32,000 bases of DNA from Synechococcus sp. A15-24 (lineage in GTDB: Bacteria; Cyanobacteriota; Cyanobacteriia; PCC-6307; Cyanobiaceae). Location: NCBI RefSeq assembly GCF_014280195.1, contig NZ_CP047960.1, positions 1,620,001 to 1,652,000 on the forward strand. The letters are read 5' to 3'. The first letter of the stretch is position 1, and the number at the start of each line of letters is the position of its first letter. The notes under the pieces were generated by a model. The model was not told where the DNA came from. It saw nothing but the letters and a program-made list of their open reading frames with translations, and searched no databases. The position numbers and the translations under genes were made by a program. Shown piece after piece: positions 18,176-26,435 of this stretch.

Positions 18176-18865
18176 TCAGCCCCCCATCTCCCGGCAGTAG
18201 GCCTGCACCTGCAGGTCCACGCCGGTGATGGCCGTTCCAACAACAACGTTGTCCGCGCCTGCTTCGAGGGCGGCGCGTGCTGCGGTTGGCGAGGAGATTC
18301 CCCCTTCACAGATCAAGCGAACCGACGTTTTCAGCTCCTTCCGCAGCTCCGGCAGCAGGTCCAGTGCCGGCGGTGATTCTTCAGCCGTGTCCTCGGTGTA
18401 GCCATACAGCGTGGTTCCAACCCAGTCGCAACCCAGCTCGGCAGCACGGATGCCGTTGGTGACGCTATCCACATCGGCCATCAGAGGAGCCCGCAACTCA
18501 GACCGGCAACGCTGAATCAACGCATCCAGCCGTTGTCCCTCAGGCCGATGACGCTGGGTGGCATCCAACGCGATGACATCGGCGCCAGCGGACCACACCG
18601 CTTGAACCTCTCTCCACCCCGGCGTGATGTAGACGGAACTGTCTGGGAACGTGCATTTCCACAGTCCAATGATCAGCGCATCAGGGCACCGCCGCCGCAC
18701 GGCCCCGATGTGCTCAGGACTCTCCAAACGCACCCCTAGAGCACCACAGCGCAGTGACGCCTCCGCCATTGCGGCGATGACCTGAGGATCGCGCATCGGA
18801 GACCCTTGGGGGGCCTGCACCGAAACGATCAGTCCCTGTTCAAGCCGCTCGTTGGTTGGGATCAT
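18176..18865 (-). CDS. nanE: Putative N-acetylmannosamine-6-phosphate 2-epimerase-like TIM-barrel protein (NanE family)
   Basis: ..GLIVSVQAPQGSPMRDP.., ..IIGLWK.., ..ADVIALDAT.., ..DWVGTTLYGYT.. and ..LICEGGISSP.. follow the NanE pattern. Its stop codon directly abuts the groEL stop (TGATCA). Confidence 0.65.
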   Translation of the reverse strand: MIPTNERLEQGLIVSVQAPQGSPMRDPQVIAAMAEASLRCGALGVRLESPEHIGAVRRRCPDALIIGLWKCTFPDSSVYITPGWREVQAVWSAGADVIALDATQRHRPEGQRLDALIQRCRSELRAPLMADVDSVTNGIRAAELGCDWVGTTLYGYTEDTAEESPPALDLLPELRKELKTSVRLICEGGISSPTAARAALEAGADNVVVGTAITGVDLQVQAYCREMGG

Positions 18866-18871
18866 CAGCGA

Positions 18872-19267
18872 TCAGGAGGCCTTAGGGACGCTGTCATCGC
18901 CCGACACCAGCCATCTCCGCAGAGATCGTGGTGTGCTCAGCGGGGGAGCCGTCACCTCCTGGAGCTCATCAGCCGGATCGTCAACGGACATCGTCGGCTC
19001 ATCCAGTGCTCGGCTCACCTCGCTGAATGATTGCCGCAGATCACTCGAGACCCGCTCGAATGCCCCCGGCTGGTCGGCACCAGACTCGGCCTCTTCAACC
19101 GGATCAACGCGTGAGAACTCCGGCAGCGTGTCCACACCGAACCGATGCACCCATTGGCTGCGCAAAAGCAGCAATCGCTTCTGATCATCGGCGGCGTGGG
19201 CGGCGTTCAGTTGGCCGGCGAGGACGTTCTGACGCTGAGACGGAGGCTGAAACGGAGAGGTGAGCAC
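18872..19267 (-). CDS. Hypothetical acidic protein, 131 aa, no domain recognised
   Basis: The ORF has coding-like codon usage. It lies 3 nt downstream of the ABC-2 permease stop and 6 nt upstream of the nanE-like start. It is Asp/Glu/Ser/Pro-rich with no TM segment or signal peptide. Confidence 0.55.
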   Translation of the reverse strand: MLTSPFQPPSQRQNVLAGQLNAAHAADDQKRLLLLRSQWVHRFGVDTLPEFSRVDPVEEAESGADQPGAFERVSSDLRQSFSEVSRALDEPTMSVDDPADELQEVTAPPLSTPRSLRRWLVSGDDSVPKAS

Positions 19268-19270
19268 GGG

Positions 19271-20119
19271 TCAGGACAGCTTGCGGTTGAGCAGAGGGCG
19301 GATCAGAAGGAAGAGTCCAACGGTGAGAGCAACAAGGATGCCGAGACAGCCGAAACCGGTCACATCGCCGAAGGGGGCCTCCAAAAGAACCAGCGAAAGA
19401 TCCAGTGGACCGCGATAAGCGGCGCGAATGGGTTCTATCGCGAAGGTAAGGGGATTCAGGGCCGCAAGCCAGCCCAGCCAGGAGGGCATGAAAGACAGCG
19501 GAGCCAAGGCTGTGCTGGCGAACAACAGCGGCAGGTTGGCCACGAAGATCACAGCAATCAGCTCGATGTGTCCCGGCAGTGCGAAGGCCAGACCGAGGCT
19601 GAGGGCGGTGACGGCAAACACCAGCAGCAGCAGGGTCACCAGCACCAACACAAGGCCGGCCCCGCCCGGCCAGCCATACCCCAGCGCTGCAGCCGTCAAC
19701 ATGATGGCCAGGCTCTGCAGAAGGCTGAGGGCAGTGATGTAGATCACTGAAGCCAGCACGATCGAACTTCGACTGCGCAAGGGCGCCACAAGGAGCCGAT
19801 TAAGGAAACCGAACTCACGGTCGAACATCACCGGCAATCCGGCATTCAAGGCGCCGCTGAATGCGGTGAAGACAATCACGCCAGCGCCGAGGAATCTTCC
19901 GTAGCTCATGCCCCCAGGAAGCAGGCCCTCCGGTGCATTGGCAAACAGGGCGCCGAACAGGATCAACCAGATCAACGGTTGAAGGATGCCGGCGATCAGG
20001 GTGGAGGGACGACGCAGCAACTGAAGGAACAGCCGGCGCGTCAACGCCACTGTTTCCTGTGTGAGCTCCGACAGAGCACCGGAGTCGTCTGCGAGGGAAG
20101 GGGAGGTTGGAGAGATCAT
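19271..20119 (-). CDS. ABC-2 type transporter permease
   Basis: 282 aa with about six hydrophobic segments and the ABC-2 layout (N-terminal cytoplasmic ..ALTRRLFLQLLRRPSTLIAGILQPLIWLILFG..). It lies 15 nt downstream of its cognate ATPase gene. Confidence 0.8.
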   Translation of the reverse strand: MISPTSPSLADDSGALSELTQETVALTRRLFLQLLRRPSTLIAGILQPLIWLILFGALFANAPEGLLPGGMSYGRFLGAGVIVFTAFSGALNAGLPVMFDREFGFLNRLLVAPLRSRSSIVLASVIYITALSLLQSLAIMLTAAALGYGWPGGAGLVLVLVTLLLLVFAVTALSLGLAFALPGHIELIAVIFVANLPLLFASTALAPLSFMPSWLGWLAALNPLTFAIEPIRAAYRGPLDLSLVLLEAPFGDVTGFGCLGILVALTVGLFLLIRPLLNRKLS

Positions 20120-20134
20120 GAGCGAATGGCGGAC

Positions 20135-21148
20135 TCAACGCATGGATTGGCGCTTTTCCTGTTTGAGATCGCGCTGACCGGCAAGGGCCAGCTCCGCATC
20201 CATCAGGGTCCGGCCCGTCGCTTGAAGGTAGACGTCATCAAGGCTGGGACGGCTTTGGGCAAGGGCAAACACCGGCACTCCCTGATGGTCAAGGCATTGG
20301 CGAACACTGTTGATCACAGCTTCCCCATCGATCACCAGGTTGAGCGAAAACCCCTGAGCACGGTTCACCACCACCTGACGGACCCCGTCCAGGGGCCGCA
20401 GCAGTGCGCTCACACGGTCCGCTTCTGCGGCATCACTGAACTCCCGCACCCGCAGCGTCACACGGTCGCCCCCAAGCTGCTGTTTCAACCCATCCGGGGT
20501 GCCTTCTGCGATCACCCGTCCGGAATCGATGATCGCCATTCGATCCGCGAGGGCCTCGACCTCCTCGAGGTAGTGACTGCTGAGCAGCACGCTGGTGCCC
20601 TGACTGACCAGCTGGCGTAGCAGGTCCCAGATGGCCGATCGGCTTTCGATATCCAGGCCCACGGTGGGCTCATCCAGCACCAGAAGGCGTGGCCGATGCA
20701 ACAGACCCGCCGCCAGATCCAAGCGGCGCCGCATTCCTCCGGAATAGGTGCCGCAGCGTCGATCCACCCAATCCCCCATGGCCAACAGCTCGATCAGATC
20801 AGACATCCGCTGATCACGATCGGCGCGTTGCAGGTGATAAAGATCACCCTGCAGCTGGAGAAGTTCACGCCCGGTGAGGATTTTGTCGATGGCCACCTCC
20901 TGAGCCACGTATCCGAGATGCCGCCGCACAGCTCTGGGATGCTTCAGAGCATCAATGCCAGCCACCTCAACAGACCCCGCATCGGGTTCCAGCAACGTGG
21001 CCAAGATGCGAAGTGCTGATGTTTTCCCCGCACCATTCGGGCCCAGGAGGCCATACAAACAGGCTTCAGGCACCTCAAGGTTGAGGTCCTCAAGTGCCAC
21101 AACAGAGCCGTAGGCCTTGTGCAGGTGCCGAAGTTCAATCAGTGGCAT
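20135..21148 (-). CDS. ABC transporter ATP-binding protein (DrrA/CcmA-like, ABC-2 subfamily)
   Basis: It has Walker A GPNGAGKTS, the signature YSGGMRRRL, Walker B LLVLDEPT and the H-loop SSHYLEE, plus a C-terminal extension of about 100 aa. Confidence 0.9.
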   Translation of the reverse strand: MPLIELRHLHKAYGSVVALEDLNLEVPEACLYGLLGPNGAGKTSALRILATLLEPDAGSVEVAGIDALKHPRAVRRHLGYVAQEVAIDKILTGRELLQLQGDLYHLQRADRDQRMSDLIELLAMGDWVDRRCGTYSGGMRRRLDLAAGLLHRPRLLVLDEPTVGLDIESRSAIWDLLRQLVSQGTSVLLSSHYLEEVEALADRMAIIDSGRVIAEGTPDGLKQQLGGDRVTLRVREFSDAAEADRVSALLRPLDGVRQVVVNRAQGFSLNLVIDGEAVINSVRQCLDHQGVPVFALAQSRPSLDDVYLQATGRTLMDAELALAGQRDLKQEKRQSMR

Positions 21149-21184
21149 CGCACAGCCAACCCAGAAACGGAATCTAAGAACCGA

Positions 21185-22165
21185 TCAAACGATCGGCAGA
21201 TGCTGCAGACCAAACATCACCTGCTGATCAAAGTTCGAGGCGAGATCAGTGCGACTGAGGATCAGCAACAGACAGATGCCGAACAGGTAAAGGATCGACC
21301 AGCGAAACAGTCCCTTGGCAGCCGTCAGGCTGTCGGGATCCATCGACAGGCGCTGCACCATCTGAATCAGTCGTCCGTTGAAGGGAAGCAGCATCAACCC
21401 GTAGAAGACACCACCCGTTGGCAGGGCCAGGACACCAAACCCGCTCAGCAGCACCGTGGCCCAGCCGTAGCGACGGATCGCACGGGCCGTAACCACGGGT
21501 CCCTTCACCACTGGCAACATCGGGATGCCGACAGCTCGGTAGTCCTCACGCAGCAACAGGGCCAGCGCCCAGAAATGAGCGGGTGTCCAGACCATCACGA
21601 GAGCGAACAGCCACCAGCCCCCCAATCCCACGTGGCCGGTCGCCGCAGCAGCTCCCACCAGTGGAGGGATCGCCCCTGCAACACCACCGATGACGATGTT
21701 CTGCGTTGTCCGAGGTTTAAGCAGAGCGGTGTAAAGCAACACATAGCTGCAGAGCCCAAGCAGAGACAGACCAGCCGCCAGGCAGTTCACACCGCTCACC
21801 AGCAGCATCGCCGCCGCCAGGGTGCAGGCGATGGCGCCGATGAAGGCACTCGTCGGGGAGAGACGTCCAGATGGCAGGGCTCGGCCGCTGGTGCGCGCCA
21901 TGCGGCCATCAAGATCCTGTTCCCATAAACAGTTCAGAACTCCCGCCGCTGCGGAGGCCAGGGCACCGCCGCCAAGGGTGCAGACCAGACGGGGAGACGA
22001 CAGGGGCCATCCCTCGGTGAGAGCCATGCCGCCAAGGGTGGTGGCCAGAAGCAGTGGGATCAGCCTTGGCTTGGCCACTTCAAGCCAAGGGGGAAGCTTG
22101 ACCCGTTTTCTTGAGGGAACGACCTGATCGCGGGTGGGCAGGGCAGCGGAAATGGCTTCAGCCAT
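21185..22165 (-). CDS. ctaB: Protoheme IX farnesyltransferase (heme O synthase)
   Basis: Track ORF trimmed to ATG 22165, which overlaps the ctaA stop (ATGGCTGA). ..[22 protein letters not shown].., the Asp-rich motif [25 protein letters not shown] and multiple TM segments are present. Confidence 0.85.
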   Translation of the reverse strand: MAEAISAALPTRDQVVPSRKRVKLPPWLEVAKPRLIPLLLATTLGGMALTEGWPLSSPRLVCTLGGGALASAAAGVLNCLWEQDLDGRMARTSGRALPSGRLSPTSAFIGAIACTLAAAMLLVSGVNCLAAGLSLLGLCSYVLLYTALLKPRTTQNIVIGGVAGAIPPLVGAAAATGHVGLGGWWLFALVMVWTPAHFWALALLLREDYRAVGIPMLPVVKGPVVTARAIRRYGWATVLLSGFGVLALPTGGVFYGLMLLPFNGRLIQMVQRLSMDPDSLTAAKGLFRWSILYLFGICLLLILSRTDLASNFDQQVMFGLQHLPIV

Positions 22166-23087
22166 GACAGGGCTCCAGAGAGGAGTCGTCGAGGACGACA
22201 GGACAGGGGACGGCAGCAACAAACGCGGGGCAGCGCACCAGCAGCGCCGCCAGAACACCCACCAGCAGCGCCGCCACCAGCTGATGGGCCACCGTGACCA
22301 GGGGCTGATCCAGCCCGAGTCGGAGCGTGGTGATACCGAGGCTCACCTGGGTCGCCACCAGCAGCACCGCTGAGAGCAGCAGGGGCCACTGACGGCGGCT
22401 CCACCCACCGGCCAGCAAAGCCAACACCACGAAAAGCAGAACCAGAGCTGCGACAGGAGTTGCAGCGGAGCGATGCCAGACCAGCCAGCGACAGGCCTCA
22501 CCGCCGGCAAGGCAGCGCTGGGCAGCCCATGAGGTGGCCATGCGCGCACCGAGGAGGCACTGGCTCACCACCCCAACGAGAGCAAGGGCTGACAAAGGAC
22601 GCCACCACCAGGGGGGCTGACCCTCGCCGGATTGCAGCAGACGCTGCGTCAGTCCGCTGAGCAGTGCCACAAGCGTCAGGGCCAGAGCCAGGTGAGCCGT
22701 GACGACTCCTGAAGGGAGCAGCTGCAGCACCGTCAAAGCCCCGAGGCCACCCTGCAGAACAACCAGCAGCACCAACAATCCGCTCATCCAGGGGAGCCAA
22801 CGCGGCAGAGATCGCCTCCAGACGACGGAGACGACGGACATCACCACCAGAGCGATGCCGATGACGAAGGCGTCAAGGCGATGAAACCACTCCAGGAACA
22901 CCTGTAGGTTCATCTGACGCCCAGGCAGGAACGTCCCATAGCAAAGGGGCCAATCCGGACAGGCCAGACCCGCCTCCATGACGCGGGTTGCACCTCCGAT
23001 CACCACAAGCGCGATTACAGCGACAACGAGGTGAGCCGTTAGGCGCCCAAGACGACGTCGCATCGGAGTCGTGGCAGAAAGCATCAT
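22158..23087 (-). CDS. ctaA: Heme A synthase (CtaA / COX15 family)
   Basis: ..[21 protein letters not shown].. is present, with conserved His-containing helices (..[10 protein letters not shown].., ..[10 protein letters not shown].., ..[11 protein letters not shown]..) and eight hydrophobic segments. It is divergent from ctaCDE. Confidence 0.8.
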   Translation of the reverse strand: MMLSATTPMRRRLGRLTAHLVVAVIALVVIGGATRVMEAGLACPDWPLCYGTFLPGRQMNLQVFLEWFHRLDAFVIGIALVVMSVVSVVWRRSLPRWLPWMSGLLVLLVVLQGGLGALTVLQLLPSGVVTAHLALALTLVALLSGLTQRLLQSGEGQPPWWWRPLSALALVGVVSQCLLGARMATSWAAQRCLAGGEACRWLVWHRSAATPVAALVLLFVVLALLAGGWSRRQWPLLLSAVLLVATQVSLGITTLRLGLDQPLVTVAHQLVAALLVGVLAALLVRCPAFVAAVPCPVVLDDSSLEPCHG

Positions 23088-23188
23088 CGACCGTCCATCT
23101 CAAGACCCTGCGAAGGCCTGCTCGGAACGTAGCGATGTCTTTTTGAACGTCACCTTGTGTGGACATCTACAACACCATCAACCTCCCG

Positions 23189-23200
23189 AAGGTGCACCTT
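23189..23200. promoter_or_regulatory. Perfect 12-bp palindrome AAGGTGCACCTT in the ctaA/ctaC divergent intergenic region (candidate operator)
   Basis: Self-complementary over all 12 nt. It ends 2 nt upstream of a weak sigma70-like pair: CTGACA (23203-23208), a 17-nt spacer, then AACAAT (23226-23231). Confidence 0.25.
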
Positions 23201-23285
23201 TGCTGACACAACCAGCGCCTTAACAAACAATCCATGGAGAAGCTGAACTGGCTGCATACGCTAAGACGAGTTGGGGATTGGAGCC

Positions 23286-24101
23286 ATGCAGATCCCATCA
23301 GCCATCGTCACTCTGGTGATCGGAATGCTCCTCGCCTTGGGAGGGCTTTGGATCGGCCAGAACATCAATCTTCTGCCGATTGATGCCAGTTTGAACGCAC
23401 CGATCTACGACGAGCTCTTTCAGGTTCTGTTCACAATCGGAACAATCCTGTTTGTGGGCATCGTTGGGCTTCTTGTTTATAGCTTGATCCGTTTTCGTCG
23501 ACGAAGTGGTCAGCTCGGAGACGGAATTGCTATCGAAGGCAATCTCCCCCTAGAGATTTTCTGGACAGCCGTTCCGGCGGTTGTTGTGCTGTTCGTTGGC
23601 CTCTACAGCTACGACATCTACGACCGCATGGGCGGGATGGTGCCGCTGGCTCACGACCACATGGCTGTGGCCGGTGAAGAGCGCATCTGGGGAGGCATCA
23701 GCTCCGGCTCAACGCTAACGGACAACACATCAGCAACGGCACTGCCCATTGATGTGACCGCAATGCAGTTTGCCTTTCTCTTTCATTACCCAGAGGGAGA
23801 CATCACCGCTGGAGAGCTGCACGTACCAGCCAATCGGCCAGTGACCCTCCACATGGAGGCAAAGGATGTGATTCATGCCTTCTGGGTTCCTGAGTTCCGT
23901 CTCAAGCAGGACGTGATTCCTGGGCAACCGACCCAACTCAGCTTCACGGCCACGCGACCCGGTCGTTATCCGATCGTCTGCGCAGAGCTCTGTGGCCCGT
24001 ATCACGGAGGCATGCGCTCCACCGTGGTTGTTGACGAACCGGACGAATGGGATGCCTGGTTTAGCAGCAACGCCAAAACGGAAGACACCACCACAACCTG
24101 A
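23286..24101 (+). CDS. ctaC: Cytochrome c oxidase subunit II
   Basis: ATG 23286 (MQIPSAIVTLVIG..); the track start at 23271 is a TTG. It has two N-terminal TM helices and the CuA site ..HAFWVPEF.. with CAELCGPYHGGM. Confidence 0.9.
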   Translation: MQIPSAIVTLVIGMLLALGGLWIGQNINLLPIDASLNAPIYDELFQVLFTIGTILFVGIVGLLVYSLIRFRRRSGQLGDGIAIEGNLPLEIFWTAVPAVVVLFVGLYSYDIYDRMGGMVPLAHDHMAVAGEERIWGGISSGSTLTDNTSATALPIDVTAMQFAFLFHYPEGDITAGELHVPANRPVTLHMEAKDVIHAFWVPEFRLKQDVIPGQPTQLSFTATRPGRYPIVCAELCGPYHGGMRSTVVVDEPDEWDAWFSSNAKTEDTTTT

Positions 24102-24105
24102 TCCG

Positions 24106-25776
24106 ATGACCGTTGCAATCCCACCTCAGACCAGCTCATCCAGCCCAAGGCTTCAACCCACTGGCTGGCTTCGCTATTTCAGCTTCAGCGTCGATCACAA
24201 GGTGATCGGCCTGCAATACCTGGTCTGCGGCTTTCTCTTCTACCTGATCGGAGGAGCCCTCGCCGGGGCGATTCGTACGGAACTGGCCAGTCCGGTCTCG
24301 GACTTCATGGCCAGGGACGTTTACAACCAGGTCCTCACCCTGCACGGGACCGTGATGATCTTTCTGTGGATCGTGCCGGTGGTGAATGGCGCCTTCGGCA
24401 ACTATTTGATTCCCTTTTATGTGGGTGCCCGGGACATGGCATTCCCACGACTCAATGCGGTGGCGTTCTGGCTGATTCCCCCAGCGGGGCTGATGCTGAT
24501 AACCAGCTATTTCCTCACTGGCGCTGCGCAGTCCGGCTGGACTGCCTATCCCCCGTTGAGCATCACCACTCCTGCCACAGGTCAGATCATCTGGATTCTG
24601 AGTGTGCTTCTACTGGGGGGAAGTTCCATCTTTGGCGGCATTAATTTCATCGCGACGATTCTCAAACTGCGTCGCCCGGGGCTGAAGTTGATGCAATTGC
24701 CGATGTACTGCTGGGCGATGCTGGGTACCAGCATTTTGGTGGTTCTTTCAACCCCTGTGCTGGCGGGGACACTGGTATTGCTCAGTTTCGACATCGTGGC
24801 CCACACCGGCTTTTTCAACCCGACACTGGGGGGCAACGTTGTCGTTTATCAACACCTGTTCTGGTTTTATTCCCACCCGGCGGTTTACATCATGGTGCTG
24901 CCGGCCTTCGGCCTGGTGAGTGAAATCCTCCCCGTTCACGCCCGCAAGCCCCTGTTCGGCTACGTGACGATGGTCTATTCGATCATGGCCATCGTGGTGC
25001 TCGGCCTCGTCGTCTGGGCCCACCACATGTTCACCAGCGGCACACCGCCTTGGATGCGGTTGTTCTTCACCATCGCGACCGCCTTCATCGCCGTACCGAC
25101 GGGGATCAAATTCTTCAACTGGCTAGCCACCCTCTGGGGCGGTCGCATCACCCTGAACAGCGCCATGCTGTTTTCCTGCGGGTTCATCGTCAATTTTGTG
25201 CTGGGGGGGATCACCGGTGTGGCACTGGCTCAGGTGCCTTTCGACATTCATGTGCATGACACCTACTTTGTGGTGGCCCATTTCCACTACATCGTCTTCG
25301 GTGGGTCGGTGTTCGTGATCTTCGCCTCGGTTTACCACTGGTATCCAAAGTTCACGGGCCGCATGCTCGATGAAGACCTGGGGCGGCTCCACTGCGCCCT
25401 CACCTTCATCGGCTTCAACCTCTGCTTTGGTCCGCAGCACTGGCTCGGGCTGAATGGCATGCCACGTCGCGTCGCCGAATACGACCCGCAGTTCACCTTG
25501 ATCAATCAGATCAGTTCCGTCGGGGCCTTGCTGATGGCCATCAGCACGCTGCCATTCCTCTGGAACGTTGTTCAGAGCGCCCTCAGCGGCAAACCTGCCG
25601 GAGACAACCCCTGGAATGCCCTGACACCGGAATGGCTCACCAGCTCACCACCACCGGTGGAGAACTGGATCGGAGACGCGCCTCTCGTGGAGGAGCCCTA
25701 CGGCTACGGCGTTCCCATGGATCAACTTGACCTGACCGCCACCAGCGGTCGCGACCTCTGGAGCAGCGGCAAATGA
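24106..25776 (+). CDS. ctaD: Cytochrome c oxidase subunit I
   Basis: ATG 24106, 4 nt after the ctaC stop. ..HKVIGLQYLV.., ..LFWFYSHPAVYIMVLPAFG.., ..VWAHHMFTSG.. and ..HDTYFVVAHFHY.. are heme-copper oxidase His-ligand segments. Confidence 0.95.
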   Translation: MTVAIPPQTSSSSPRLQPTGWLRYFSFSVDHKVIGLQYLVCGFLFYLIGGALAGAIRTELASPVSDFMARDVYNQVLTLHGTVMIFLWIVPVVNGAFGNYLIPFYVGARDMAFPRLNAVAFWLIPPAGLMLITSYFLTGAAQSGWTAYPPLSITTPATGQIIWILSVLLLGGSSIFGGINFIATILKLRRPGLKLMQLPMYCWAMLGTSILVVLSTPVLAGTLVLLSFDIVAHTGFFNPTLGGNVVVYQHLFWFYSHPAVYIMVLPAFGLVSEILPVHARKPLFGYVTMVYSIMAIVVLGLVVWAHHMFTSGTPPWMRLFFTIATAFIAVPTGIKFFNWLATLWGGRITLNSAMLFSCGFIVNFVLGGITGVALAQVPFDIHVHDTYFVVAHFHYIVFGGSVFVIFASVYHWYPKFTGRMLDEDLGRLHCALTFIGFNLCFGPQHWLGLNGMPRRVAEYDPQFTLINQISSVGALLMAISTLPFLWNVVQSALSGKPAGDNPWNALTPEWLTSSPPPVENWIGDAPLVEEPYGYGVPMDQLDLTATSGRDLWSSGK

Positions 25777-26381
25777 CCTCGACACTCCCCGTTCAGCCGG
25801 AGAGCTCCCATGCCATCGACTCCCACGGGCTTGAGGAACACGCTGACCACCGCATGTTCGGCCTGGCCACCTTTCTCGTCGCTGATGCGATGACCTTTGC
25901 CGGGTTTTTTGCGGCCTATCTCACCTTCAAGGCCGTCAATCCTCTTCCTGAGGGAGCCATCTATGAGCTGGAGCTGCCGCTGCCCATCCTCAACACCGTG
26001 TTGTTGCTGGTGAGCAGTGCCACATTTCACAAGGCCGGGCAGGCCATCCGCCAGAACCTGCAAGGCCGTTGCCGCAACTGGCTGCTGGTGACGGCAGGGT
26101 TGGGGCTCGCCTTTTTGGTGAGTCAGATGGTCGAGTACTTCACCCTCCCCTTTGGCCTGACAGACAACCTGTACGCAAGCACCTTCTTCGCCGCCACGGG
26201 CTTCCACGGATTGCACGTCACCCTGGGCGCTCTGATGATCTTGATTGTCTGGTGGCAGGCTCGCGCTGACGTTGGTCGTGTGACGGCTGCGGATCACTTC
26301 CCCCTCGAAGCGGCCGAGCTGTACTGGCACTTCGTGGATGGAATCTGGGTCATTCTGTTCGTCATCCTTTATTTGCTCTGA
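25773..26381 (+). CDS. ctaE: Cytochrome c oxidase subunit III
   Basis: The ATG overlaps the ctaD stop (ATGA). ..FFAATGFHGLHVTLGALM.. and ..AAELYWHFVDGIWVILF.. are typical subunit III segments. Confidence 0.9.
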   Translation: MTSTLPVQPESSHAIDSHGLEEHADHRMFGLATFLVADAMTFAGFFAAYLTFKAVNPLPEGAIYELELPLPILNTVLLLVSSATFHKAGQAIRQNLQGRCRNWLLVTAGLGLAFLVSQMVEYFTLPFGLTDNLYASTFFAATGFHGLHVTLGALMILIVWWQARADVGRVTAADHFPLEAAELYWHFVDGIWVILFVILYLL

Positions 26382-26410
26382 TCGCTTGTCAGGGCTGGGA
26401 TGCATGGCCA

Positions 26411-26426
26411 CAATTCAGTTGAATTG
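26411..26426. promoter_or_regulatory. AT-rich inverted repeat CAATTCA-gt-TGAATTG immediately upstream of the cyAbrB-like gene (candidate operator)
   Basis: 7+7 perfect arms with a 2-nt centre. It ends 9 nt before ATG 26436 and is flanked by shorter palindromes (ATGCAT, TGGCCA, TCGCGA). The 2-nt loop is too short for a stable RNA hairpin, so a dimer-binding DNA site is the more natural reading. Confidence 0.3.
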
Positions 26427-26435
26427 ATCGCGACA

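Noticed and set aside
17962-18309. A minus-strand ORF encoding a striking [13 protein letters not shown] proline repeat.
   Set aside because: It is simply the reverse complement of the GroEL GGM-tail repeat (ATGGGNGGN read backwards gives CCNCCCAT). It also overlaps two genuine genes.
23234-23383. A 49-aa out-of-frame ORF (MEKLNWLHTLRRVGDW..) starting in the cta spacer and overlapping the ctaC start.
   Set aside because: It overlaps 98 nt of a strongly conserved gene in another frame. The product is hydrophilic junk with no signal features, so it is most likely fortuitous.
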